64,000 nt of DNA from the NCBI GenBank assembly GCA_977017645.1, contig OZ360230.1:39928001-39992000 (forward strand). The letters are read 5' to 3'. Positions 51,264-63,453 of this stretch are shown in pieces. Numbering within the stretch: the first letter of the stretch is position 1; each line of letters begins with the position of its first letter. This DNA is from Torpedo marmorata (taxonomy: Eukaryota). Position numbers and translations under genes: made by a program. The notes beneath the pieces are model-generated. The model searched no databases. It worked only from the letters and a program-made list of their open reading frames with translations, and was not told the DNA's origin.

Positions 51264-51699
51264 CCATCACTATATAGTTGATACTGAGGCACCTTTAACT
51301 TCACAGCTATGCCTCAATCTCAAGATCACTTCACTTCTTAATAGAAAATATTTAAATAGAATTTAGCAAAATAATTGTTTACCATTTCCAGATCTGCAAG
51401 TTTTAAAAAGGTTCATGATGAGAATAATAGAAAATGAATCTGCTAAACTCAATCAATGATTTCATTGAGATATGATGCATTGGGATAATTTGTACAAAAG
51501 GAAAATGCTGGAAATAAAGCAGGTATCTGTGGAGAGAGTAACAATGATGTAGAAGAACATTTTTAAAATCAGATGCTTTATCTGCTTATAAAGTTCCAGC
51601 ATTTGCAGTTTTTTTTAACATTTATGATTCAGAAGTTTTATAATGTGCAATTGTGTTTCAATTAAATTGTATACAAGAACGAAGTCACGTAACAGCAAA

Positions 51700-52690
51700 G
51701 ACTTAAAAAATAGCCCATTCATTCCTTACCTGTTTTCTGTCCATTAATCTCAATTCACTCTCTATATTGCCAGAGTTACACGTTAGTTCTATTTATCAAC
51801 TTCTTAAATGAGATCTTGTAGAATACTTATACACCATATTCATTGGAGCCCCATATCTTGTTAGTTGAAACTTCAAAAAACCTAACAGATTGGTCAAATA
51901 TTAGTTCCTCTTCCTGCTCAATCCTATTAATATTTTCTAAGTGCCTCATACCACTTCCCTAATAATAGCTTCCAGCACTTCCCCTAGCAGTGATAGCAGG
52001 CTAATTGGTCTGTAGTTGCATGTTTACGCTTTCTTGCCTTTCTTAAAGCGTGGAACTACATTTGCTATCTTCCAATCAGTTGGAACCATTCAAGAATCAA
52101 TGAATTTCAGAAGATTACATCCAATTGCAACTTGATTCATGGGATTTTTAGCCTTTCAGTTTCATTAATTTTTCCAATGCCTTTTTAAAAAAAAACTCAC
52201 CAGCGCTAATTTTGTTCAGCTCTTTATTTCACACTAGACACGTTTTCCACCATTTTAGGGAGGTTTTCTGTCTTCTGTGAAGTCAGACAATATTTATTTA
52301 ACTGAAGTGTAACTGCAGTTTTTCCCAAACTGCAACTTCCTTATTTCCCCTACTTTATTTTTATTTTTTAAACATATATTATTTTCTCCTGCACAAGTCT
52401 CCAAGATCACCACAATAACATTTGCTAATATTTTCCCTTTACATATCCATAGAAGCTCATGTTTCACCTCATAAGATCATTTTTTTGGTATTCTTCTTTC
52501 CCTTTGCTTATCAAATTCTTCGTCCTCTGAAGTGCTCCCACTCTTCAGGTATAATCACATCTCATCCACCTTTCCTTTTGGTTTTCATTGCCATGAAGGG
52601 ATAAACATGCTTTAATTCTTTGAACCAAGCCATTGCCTGTTTGCTGACATTCCTTATAATGAATATTTCTAACTTGTACTTCATACTTTA
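51700..52690 (-). mobile_element. Old degenerate CR1 fragment
   Basis: Weak CR1-like RT-region similarity, seen by eye. Confidence 0.45.
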
Positions 52691-52731
52691 GATTTTGAAA
52701 TTACTTTCATTTTTATATAAATTTATATTAA

Positions 52732-53537
52732 AAAATGGCGGCACTGCTGGAGCTGCTGAAACGGCAGTGCTGCTGCTGGTGCGGACCCATGGAGAGCAGG
52801 GAGCGGAGATGCAGCGCTCCCGCGGGGTCCAACAGCCCAGTTCGACTGTCGTCAGCTCCGTACAGGCTTTGAACGGCCCATAAAAGGAGCCGACAGTAGT
52901 TTTATTTAAAAACCCGCGATCGCGGGGTCTGGATCTAAGATGGCGGCGCCTATGATCGGCAGCAGCCACGAGGGGTTGCAGACTCCAGGGAACGGAGGAC
53001 TGGCGCAGGGCACCAAAAAACGGGGAGACCAACCCCCGTCTGAGAAGGAGAAGCAGAGGAGACCACAGCGGCGGACCAGTGCGGGGATGGTGACCACTGC
53101 GGCTGAAGGACCCACAGAGGCAGCCTCGAGGCGAGGAACCCACAGAGGCTGCGGGCTGCTGGATACTGTGGTCAATGGACTCATACCAGGCTGCGGACTG
53201 GTTCGAAATTGGCTGAAGGAGTACCAGGTATCGGAACCGGGATGTGAGAGAGTGCCGAGGGCATTGAAGGGATCCTAATGGTATCGGAGGTTCGAATCTG
53301 GAGCTCGGGTTGCCGACGGTTTGGACTGGACTCTGTGTGGCTGCGGGAGCGCTGGAGGCGAATCCACGGACACTCGGTGACTCTGGGGGAACTCTCTTTT
53401 GCTTCTCTTTCTCTGACTGTAAGAGGCGCTTCAGGCAATTTCTGCCGATGGCGAATCTGTCTGCCTTACAGCAGGCAAAGCAATTTCATGTAATATGACA
53501 CTGTTTTTATTACATGACAATAAATTGAATCTTGAAA
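52732..53537 (+). mobile_element. CpG-rich non-coding retroelement with Rex/Babar-like tail
   Basis: GC island in AT-rich DNA; two (A/G)ATGGCGGC YY1-like motifs; ends gcaatttcatgtaa..catgacaataaattgaatcttga. Confidence 0.65.
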
Positions 53538-54756
53538 TTTAATTATACAATAGAAAACACCCACGTAAATTAGTGACACTTTTTAAAAAAATCACATTTT
53601 CCAATCTATGTAACAGATATTTATTTACATGATGTACATTGAACACGAGTTTTGCATAATGTAGCCAAATTAAATCCAAGAGAAATCTCAAAAGGATTCT
53701 AATGAAAGATTATTGACTTGAAATATGAACTGTTTCTCTGCACAGCTGCTGCCTGATCTACTGAGTATTTCCAACACTTTTTTTCTTCAGAAATTAGTTG
53801 TGCTGGTTCCCACAAGTCTATTTATAAAATTTCTGTGATTGAAAGCATCACAAATATCCATTAGCTTTCCCTATACTAATACATTCAATGCTTTTCTGCA
53901 ATAGAAAACCAGACAATGTCAGTGAGACTTTATATATTTAATATTTGTGGAAAAAATCTATAATGTGTTTGAAAGTATTTTCAAAATCCTATTCACTCTA
54001 AAAAACTAAATGCACCTCAATCTATAACCTCTCTAAAACTGCAAAAGTTAAACATATTTTATATTACCTGGCCAAAGGAAAATCACATTGTAGCTTGTTC
54101 AAGAAATGCCTGAACATAAACATGCCATAGCCGTACCTCTTCAGATGTAGTGTTCTTATCAATGTAACATGTGACTGACTCCATAGTACAACAGACTAAC
54201 CCATTTACTGTAAATGAAATAACATCAGTTCAACAAAATACAAATACAAAAATGCAATGCCATTCTCAACACATCACTTCCTGCGTTACATAATGGTATT
54301 TTTTGCTGCTAGCTGACATTCTAGGAAAGAAAACTGTATGCATAGGGAGCAAAACATCAAAATATAAGTCACAATAGTGATATGAATTTAATCTTTCATT
54401 GAGCACTTAGAACAGTGCTATGACTTTGTGCTACTTTTTGCTCACAGCTGCAAACTTAGGAGCAGTATATAATTACAAGCATAAAAGGTTCAGTGAATAG
54501 TAGTACCAGGAGGTCAGAGTCTATCCTCTATACCAGATTGAAAGGTCAGATATTGCAAGTAGTTACTACAGAGCACGATAGGAATGTTGCCCAAGTAATG
54601 TTACACAATCTCCTCACAAGCCTATTTTCACTGAAAGATAAATAAAACAAATTTAAATTGGCAAGACAAAGACAACTACCATTGGTCAGTTTGATTTTCA
54701 AATAAAGTCTGGTGGTACAAAATGGAAATATTTGAGATTATAATGATCATAATTAT

Positions 54757-55010
54757 AAATTTAAAATTTTAGACATACAGCACGGTAACAGGCCATTTTG
54801 GCCCACGAGTCCGTGCCGACCAATTTACACCCAATTAACCTACACCCCCGGTATGTTTTGAACGGTGGGAGGAAACCGGAGCCCCGGGGAAAACCCACGG
54901 AGACACGGGGAGAACGTACAAACTCCTTACAGACAGCGCAGGATTCGAACCCCGGTCCCGATAGCTGGCGCTATAAAGGCGTTGCGCTAACAGCTACGCC
55001 AACCATGCCA
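54757..55010 (-). mobile_element. tRNA SINE
   Basis: Same family. Confidence 0.9.
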
Positions 55011-55244
55011 AATTATAGGTTTGGGTTTCAGGTTAACAGATATAACTGTAACCTTTCAGGCATGAAGACTGATTATTGGGATAAATACAAAGAATTAGAT
55101 ACATAATATCAGCTGATTAATTTCTGATACTGTATCAATTTAACATGTCAAATTTCAAAGGATCGTAGAAGTGCCAGAAACAGCACAAGGTGTACCTGAA
55201 AACAATATGCCAATTAGGATAAATGTTTACACATGTTAAATGTT

Positions 55245-56310
55245 CAGAAGATCTTCTGAAATGTCCGCCTTCTTCCACAAACATGGCTTCCCCTCCACCA
55301 CCATCAACTCAGCCCTCACCCACATCTCCTCCATTTCCCGCTCATCTGCCATGGCCCCCTCTTCCCCCAGGCGCAACAAACATAGAATCCCCCTCATCCT
55401 CACCTACCACCCTCCGCATCCAACACATTATCCGCCGGAATTTCCGGCACTTACTACAGGATCCCACCACCAGACACATTTTTCCTTCTCCACCCCTCTC
55501 GGCCTTCCGCAGGGACCGCTCCCTCCGCAATTCCCTCGTGCACTCATCCCTCCCCACCCATCACACCCCCGGTACCTTCCCCTGTGCCCGCAGGAGGTGC
55601 AACACTTGCGCCCACACCTCCTCCCTCACCACGGTCCGGGGCCCCAAACAGGCCTTTCAAGTGAAGCAACACTTCACGTACATCCAGAGAACTTATTTAC
55701 TGCATCCGGTGCTCCCTTTGTGGCATTCTCTACATCGGAGAGACCGGTCGTAGATTGGGAGATCGCTTCTCTGAGCACCTCCTCTCCATCCGCAACAACA
55801 GCGACCTCCCAGTAGCTATTTCAATTCCAAGTCACACTCCCACTCACATGTCTGTCCATGGCCTTATGTACTATCCCACCCAGACCACCCGCAAATTGGA
55901 GGAACAACACCTTATTTTCCGTCTGGGCACTCTCCAGCCAGATGGCATTAACATTGACTTTTCTGCTTTCCACTAAACCTGCTAGCCTTTTCCTTCCCCT
56001 CCCCCCTTCCCTGTCCTTCCAGTTCTTCCACCCACCCAGCCATCCCTCCTCCCCCTCATTGTTGTTGTCCCCTCCCTCCTTTCTCCACCTATCATCTCCT
56101 GCCTTTGCCACCCTCCTCCCCCCCCCACCCACTCTTTTGTTCGGACGCCTGCCGGAATTTTCTCATACTTTGATGAAGGGCTCAAGCCCGAAACGTCGGT
56201 TATGTATTTCTACCTTTGCTACATAAAGGACACTGTTTGACCTGCTGAGCTTCTCCAGCATTTGTGTTTTTACTTCAACCACGGTGTCCACAGATTTTCG
56301 TGATTTACTT
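55245..56310 (+). mobile_element. Penelope-like element, 3' part: GIY-YIG endonuclease and terminal repeat
   Basis: AFRRDRSLRNSLVHS, PC.RRRCNTC, CGILYIGETGRRLGDRFSEH, RKLEEQHLIFRLGTLQPDGIN. Confidence 0.93.
56164..56204 (+). ncRNA. Minimal type I hammerhead ribozyme motif (Penelope type)
   Basis: Stem I CAUACU/GG(U)UAUG, core UUGAUGA(A), stem II GGGC-UCAA-GCCC, GAAAC-GUC cleavage site. Confidence 0.7.
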
Positions 56311-56319
56311 TTCAATAAA

Positions 56320-56805
56320 TTCTTTGTTTTGCGGCAGCATCACAGTGCAAACATTTACATAAACCACTTTACAAAATGAATTTTAAAAATTGTGCAAGAA
56401 AAAGTCAAAGTAAGGCAGTGTCTGTGGTTCACTGTTCATTCAGAAATCCTTGTGCCGCTGAGTGCTCGTCTTCAGGCTCCTGTACTTCCCCCCCCCCCCC
56501 CCCCCCCGATGGTAGCAGAATGAAGAGGGCATGGCCTGGGTGGTGGAGGTCCTCAAGGATAGAGGCTGCTTTCTTAAGACACTGCCTCTTGCAGATGTCC
56601 TCGATACAGGGAAGACTGGTACCCATGATGTCCAGGCCGAGTTAACTACCTTCTGGAGTTTTTTCCTGTCTTGAGTGTTGGCACCTCTGTACCAAAAAGT
56701 AATGCAACCAGCCAGAATGCTCTCCACAGTACACCTGTAGAGGTTTTAGAGAGTCTACGGTGACATACCCAAACTCCTTACAAAGTATAGCCGCAGGCGA
56801 GCCTT
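56320..56805 (-). mobile_element. Rex1/Babar 3' fragment
   Basis: ESILAGCITFWY..DRKKLQKVV; CLKKAASILEDLHHPGHALFILLPSG. Confidence 0.85.
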
Positions 56806-57593
56806 CTTATTCCCTAAAGAGTGATTCAATTCCCAAATTTATAACCACCTTGAAAGAATAGAGGCTCACTAGGTTATGAATCACCCGACTTTTGACAAAT
56901 TTACCCCATACATTTTCAAACATTTTTCAAAATAATAATGTTTCATGGTGTTCATTAATGACTGGATACAGTATATATTCCATTAATTTAATTACTAGTA
57001 GCATTAGGGTGAACATTAAATGAAATTAAAGAATTATAGCAAACTTACATTGAGCCTTTACGATGTGGGTTACTATAGAAATGAATATTTCTGACAAGGA
57101 AAAAAATTGCCCTGGATAGTTTATTGGGAATGGAACCCTAACATAACTGGGACTGTAATAGAAAGCAGTACGATGGAATATTCTCCATTTGCCTGGATGC
57201 TTGCAATTCCAACAAAGCTCAAGACAAAGACGACCACTTGAGCAGCACTCCATCTGCCTCACTCCTTCACCACTGATGTAGTAACAAGCCAGCAACTGCA
57301 TTTTAGCAAAGCGCAAGATTTCACCAACAACTACTTCGTGATCCACCTTACTGAAAGTAGATCGCCAATTCATGCCAGTGAATCAACTTCCAACCTGACA
57401 GCAACTTGTATCTTTTGTAAAAGAACTGCAGAAACTCAGCAAGCTCGATCATCATTTCTTCAAGCTAATTATTAATGGTTAACACTTCCCATCATTGTCA
57501 GCAACAGCCACATCCGATGAATAAACCATAGAGTATTTTGCATATTAATTCAGTTTTTCCTTGCTATTTCTGGACAAATTTTATTGTAGTAAA

Positions 57594-57918
57594 TACTGTA
57601 ATAGCCGAATTTTGTGGACAAACTTTTAGGGTAAAATTTAGGGGGTCGACTATTACACGCATACTACATTTGACCGTGGTAAGTGCCTGCATCATTAGAG
57701 GCGTCGGGAGCTCGGAGAGGTGGGAGGGCAGCCGGGACTGGGTTGTAAGTCAGCGCTCGGGGCGTCGGGACCTCAGATGGGCGGGCGGCCGGGGCCTAGG
57801 CGAGAGTCCGCGGTTATGGCGTCGGGAACTCTGGTGGGTGGGCGGCCTGGGCCAAAAATAGTGGGGGGTGCGGCTCTACTTTTACATGGAATTGACTATT
57901 GCACGCATGTGCACAGTA
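57594..57918. mobile_element. Probable Tc2/pogo-type MITE with GC-rich internal repeats
   Basis: tactgt...acagta ends; ggggtcgactattacacg subterminal motif; three copies of a ggcgtcggga..gggcggcc unit of about 55 bp. Confidence 0.55.
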
Positions 57919-58573
57919 AAAAGAGCAGATGTGGCCATGAATGTAGGAAACACACTCTGCCACGGGCATCATACAGTCAGTAGAGTGATGTTAAAATCAT
58001 AACTGGCATTTCATTTTTGACTGAGCAAGTATTACTGGCATCCATGGGATCTCTGGAAAAGAATGCACCAAAAAAAAACCTTTGGGAATCTGCACTCATG
58101 ACATAGTCATGACTCAATATGATCACAGGCTGCTGCTGTCAGTAATGAATCCATTACAGAAAAAGAATGTTTGAAAGACAATATTTTATGGCCTTTAACA
58201 CAATTAATCTTTAATACAAATCATGTTTTATTTGGTCCCAATTCCACTAGAGAACTTAAATCTCCCTTGTATGGTCCCTATTAAACTACCATGGAGATCA
58301 TAGTAGGAAACAGACCACGTTGTTAATTACTTTAAAACAAGTAACAAAATATCCTAGATGGTTAATCTTCTGGAGATAAATAGTCAATGCACATTTTTAT
58401 TTCAAAATTTACAAAAGTGAGCATGGAAATGCTAAAATAAACATTTGGAAAAATAATCAAACTTACTTTCATAGTGGCTTAACATCTCAAAATGCTACTC
58501 AAACTCACAACATATATTTGTGTTAAAATACAATTACACCAATTGATCAAAGAAGAAGAAATCATCTTAAATA

Positions 58574-60453
58574 CCGTATATTTCAGCGTATAAGTCGAGT
58601 CTTGAAACCTTCAAAAATCTCTCAAAAAACGGGGGTCGACTTATACGCCGGATATACTTTTGAGATCATAAAATCAGCTCAAAAACCACTCCCGTATAAG
58701 TCGACCCTTGAAAACCCGATTCGGTGTATAAGTCGACCCCTGAAAACCCGATTCGGCGTATAAGTCGACCCTTGAAAACCCGATTCGGCGTATAAGTCGA
58801 CCCTTGAAAAACCAAAAAAAAACCCGACTGCAACAAATTTTCATTGACATTTTTATTGAAAACAACAAGACATTTAGAACCCTTCAAAATCACTTTCGCT
58901 ATCATCGTCTGAGGCAAAGATCTCGGCAAGCACATCCGGGGTCTCACTGTTTAAACACTCATCGTACGGGACCCAGTCTGATTCTGATGAGGCGGCTTCA
59001 GCTTCATCGTCAGTGTCCCACAATAAATCATCTACCGTACCATCAATTGCACAAGAGATTTTTAAACTTTTTAAACGATTTTATTACAGTCTCTACTTTC
59101 ACTTTGTCCCATGCCTTGAGCATGAAGTCACACAGCACATCAAGCGATGCAGCACGCATTGCCTCGCCTTTTGTAAATGATTTTTCTGCACTCGACATCC
59201 ATGTATTCCACTCTTCACGCACATGGTCTTTGAATGGCTTGTTCAAGCAGACATCGAGAGGTTGCAATATAGACGTCAAACCACCCAGGATAACCGCCAT
59301 GTAAGTATTATGTTGTGCTAATCTACTTTTAGTCTTCTCAGTTAAGTGGCTACAAAACATATCCCAGACCAGCAAACTCCGTTCCTTGCGTAAACCGCCT
59401 GTTCCACACATTGTCCATCCATAGTTTTACACCATTTTCATCCATCCATCCTTTTTCATGAAAATGTACAAAAATACCCGCAGGGAATTTTATTTTAGGT
59501 TTAAATTTACGTTTGAAGATTACCATGGGTCTTAACTTTGTCCCGTCGGCCATGCACGATAACACCACGGTAAACCTGGTCCTTTCATGGACTGTACTCC
59601 TGGTTTGCACAGTTTTCACACCTTTCCATTCCACTGTTCTATTGCCTATCATGTCAAAATTCATGGGGGTTTTGTCCATGTTTCCAATATTTGCCAATGC
59701 AAACTTGTGTTTCTGCCGGTTACGTAAAATAAATTGGTGAAAATTTACAACTTTATGATCAAGATCTTTTGGTAGTTTCTGAGCAATTTTTGTTTTTTGT
59801 CGTAATACCAGATTTTTCCTGTTCATGAAACGGTTGCACCAGCCTACTGTAGCTTCAAAATCATTACTGAGTTCTGGGTGCGACTTTGCCCACTTCAGTG
59901 CAAATGTTCTTATTTTATTTCGGGTGACTATGTAGCAATCTTGCCTCTGTTCACGTACCCATGCTGCGACATGATTTTCCAACTCTGGCCAACGAGTGAT
60001 TCCTCTTCTCATCGAACATTGCCTTTTTGTTATTTTTCTTAAAGTATCTTCTTTCTTCCTCCAATCTCTTACCAACTTCTCATATATATCAACTTTTCTT
60101 GCAGCAGAACAGTTGTTGGTTTTCTTGGCCATTTCTATCACTTTTAATTTAAAACTCGCCTCATACTTTCGTCGTTTCAATTGAGCCTCCATGATAACAA
60201 TCACCTCCAGCCAACGCCCAGCAGCTCAATCAGCGCGATCGTTGTGGGTCGACCTATACGCCGGTCAACGCCCAGCAGCTCAATCATCGCGATTTTTGGG
60301 GGTCGACCTATACGCCGGTCGACGCTCAGCATCTCAGGCATCGCGATTTTTGGGGGTCGACTTATACGCCGGATATACAATAAAACCATTAAAATGAGGC
60401 TGAAAAAGGGGGTCCACTTATCCGCGAATCGACTTATACGCCAAAATATACGG
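58574..60453 (-). mobile_element. pogo/Tc2-type (POGK-like) DNA transposon, near full length
   Basis: TA TSD, ccgtatattt TIRs and arrays of subterminal cggcgtataagtcgaccc repeats. Confidence 0.96.
58874..60192 (-). pseudogene. pogo DDD transposase (Brinker-like HTH, CENP-B HTH, DDE_1) with two frameshifts
   Basis: YEASFKLKVI, GWCNRFMNR, NMDKTP, VWDMF, LQPLDV and C-terminus SDDDSESDFEGF*. Confidence 0.93.
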
Positions 60454-62119
60454 TATTTAACCCTGTAAAAGGAGTACTCTTAAACATATGTACTTCTTAT
60501 GACAATACATATTATAGACCAGGTTGTCATTCAAGTTTATTACCATTGCACATACTAGATCAAGTAATACCCCACAATTTTCATCCATCATTCTGCACCC
60601 ATATAGTGGAACTTGCAATAAATCCGTCATTAATTTAATGGGATGAAGACAAAACATTTTAGTTCTTCAAATGTTAAGCTATTTTGCAAGATCTCTGTTT
60701 TCCTTCCACAAAACCTATGTGAGGAAGAATGGAGGGTGAAAAGGAAATCACATTTACACTAAATGATGCAAAAATCAAACATGGCTATGGATTTTTTTTA
60801 ATCATTACAGATCTCAAAACCAGTGTTTTATGTAAATTTCACAGCCAGAAGTTTTTGAAGCCCAATTTTTGGTATGAACTTACTTTTAAATCCTCAGATA
60901 CTAAACCAAATTCCCTTTTTAAAAAGCAAGCTCCTCTATTTTCTATTATGAAATGAATTTCAAAGGAAACCTGTATCACAATGAAAAATAAGACCACAAT
61001 GGAGGAAGGCATCTTGGAAGGATTTTCTGGAAGATGTCATCATCAGAACAGATGCAACAAAGCTTCTAGTTTAAACAGAGGTTTGAGCCACAAATTATAT
61101 TATTCCACTAAATTCATGTAACGCTTTTTCAATCCTATTTATATGGGGAAAAAGACTCAGCACATTAGGAAACCTATCTGAGACCAAGGTGTAATGTCAA
61201 TTTACCAAATAAATGTGAAAAGAAATTCGAAACAGAAACTGACACATTATAAGTTCTATTGAAATGAATTTAATTACATTTTAAAAAATTATTCATTCTG
61301 GTTAACAAAGGTAAAAGAAAGATTGTTTGGCATACCAAGAAATGCTGGGGTCACTCAGGTATCCAGCAGTTCTTTTTATTACATTCCTCCCATGAAAGTC
61401 ACTACCGTAATATTATTTAGGAAATATCAGCACCGTTAATAGCCCCGGCAACAATACAACAGGTGTTCTGCTTGTGTGCGGCTGAAGTTGAATAAAAAGG
61501 CAATCCAGGAGAAATGCCACGATTAATCAACACATACAAGCAAAAAAATTGTTTGGGTCTTATAGTTCTACAATATAAACATGTCTGACAGAAATGCTTT
61601 CTCCACCCACTGAATAATTTGTGATATTTTAATCACATTCTGAAATCCCTTTATTTAGTGGTACAGTATTATAATACAATACACAGACAAAGTGAAAACC
61701 TTTAGGTGTTTTGTTTTAAACAAAGCCCAGCTGTTATAAATCCATGACCTCAATTTTAAGGACATTATATTCAAGCCTTAATGGCCTACAACTATTGTAC
61801 CTATGCCACAAGTCAAACATGTGCAATCCAGGTTATTTACAGATAAAAAGATTAAGGTTTTCAGAAACTCATTATGGTTAACCATGGCAAGCTTTCAATA
61901 AATAAAGTTAAAATGATTTAGATTAAAAATAGCTTTTATTCTTAAAGCAGTGTTTTTTTTAAAAAGTTGTTTATCAACTCTGCTGAATTTATTCCCCGAA
62001 TTTCTCAAATTGGGCAAAAAAAAGGTTCAATTCAACTATGCACTCCTTTGCTATTCACCAATTGTACGAATGCAAAAAAGCAAAAACCTGTACTGAAGTC
62101 TCCTTATTTTATTGCATTT

Positions 62120-62290
62120 AGTGGGGCTGCAGGAAGTTCAGAAAGTTCAAATGTCTCACAGCTCTGTTGACCTGGTTTCAATTCTGAACTATCTGTATGT
62201 CATCTTGACATTCTCCCCATGTTCATATGAGCTTCTCCTGCATGTGCTGGTTTCCTCCAAAATCACAAAGATGAGCTGATGGTGTGGTTA
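62120..62290 (+). mobile_element. Degenerate V-SINE
   Basis: ggtttcaattc B-box and ttctccccatg..ggtttcctcc core remnants. Confidence 0.5.
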
Positions 62291-62895
62291 ACCTACTATG
62301 ATAAAATGTAGGCAGGTGGCAAGAAAGTCAGGTGTTAAGGAGCAATGTACCAAAATGTGTTGCATTTTGTACCCCTTTTACAGAGATCCCACTAAATTGC
62401 CGTGTCAACGACCCATGTTTAAAGCCAGATCGAGTCGGATCATTCACACTGAACCAAGAAAAGCCAGTTCAGTGCGACCTTTTACACAGCAACCCGGCAT
62501 CCCGGATCAAAAGGAGGTGGGACCTGAAGCAACAGCGTCCTGTGTGATGTATTACATCCGCGCCGGGCAGTGACAGCTTTCAGTACACAATAATGGCGGG
62601 CGATTTTGAGGTGCGTATGCTAGCCATGTTAATTTATGGCACTCTTCGAACGCACGCAAATTTGCTGCGTACACTTTCGGATCCATATGAATGACGTGTG
62701 CGTGCGATCAGAAAAGCGTTCGAGGAGAAATTGAAGAGAAGCAGGGAGCTGTTTGAGGCAGAAAGGCGCGCAGAACTGAGAAGCCGTTACGTCCTTGTAG
62801 TGTGCAACGACCTCTAGAAGGCATTGGTGAACTGACTGTTTGTGCTGTCACAGGTTGCATAAGGTACTTAAAAGTCTACATTTCTTTGTCCACAG

Positions 62896-63316
62896 AAATC
62901 CAAAACCGTTAACGGAGTGGAAATCCCCGTGCATCTAATCGGAGACACCGCTTACCCCCTCAGGAATTGGCTAATGAAGGGGTTCACTAACCACCAAGCT
63001 TTCGATCAACAGCAGCGAAACTTCAACTACCATTTGAGCTCGGCAAGACTGGTAGTTGAGAATGCTTTCTGACGTCTCAAAGGTCGCTGGAGGTGCCTGG
63101 CCAAACTACTTGATTTTTGTACCACTTTTGTGTCAGACATTGTTGTTGCCTGTTGTGTCCTACACAATATTTGTGAAATTAACAAGGAGCACTTCATGCC
63201 CGAGTGGATCACCGAGCTACCTGATCTCTGAGCCTGATCGAGTTGCTTATCAGGGTTCACAAGCGAGGAGTCACCAGGCTATCCGAAGCGATTTTACCGG
63301 TATGTCCATTATGTAA
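62896..63316 (+). pseudogene. Harbinger (HARBI1-like) transposase last exon
   Basis: After acceptor tttctttgtccacag: LIGDTAYPLRNWLMKGF..FNYHLSSARLVVENAF*RLKGRWRCL..ACCVLHNICE. Confidence 0.92.
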
Positions 63317-63453
63317 ACAAATTACGCAAACAAATTACGCAAACAAATAACGCATTTTCGTGAACGTTTATTGCACATGTAAGGAAACGGTAGTGCAAAT
63401 GAAAAATGTAAATAACAATTAATAATTAAAACAGTGAATTCAACAGTGAATAA

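Noticed and set aside
54136-54207. Possible 71-nt minus-strand exon (NGLVCCTMESVTCYIDKNTTSEE)
   Set aside because: Splice-like signals only; no homology recognised
58690-58805. Regularly spaced repeats resembling a CRISPR array
   Set aside because: The spacers are identical and lie in a pogo transposon subterminal region; the context is eukaryotic and there are no cas genes
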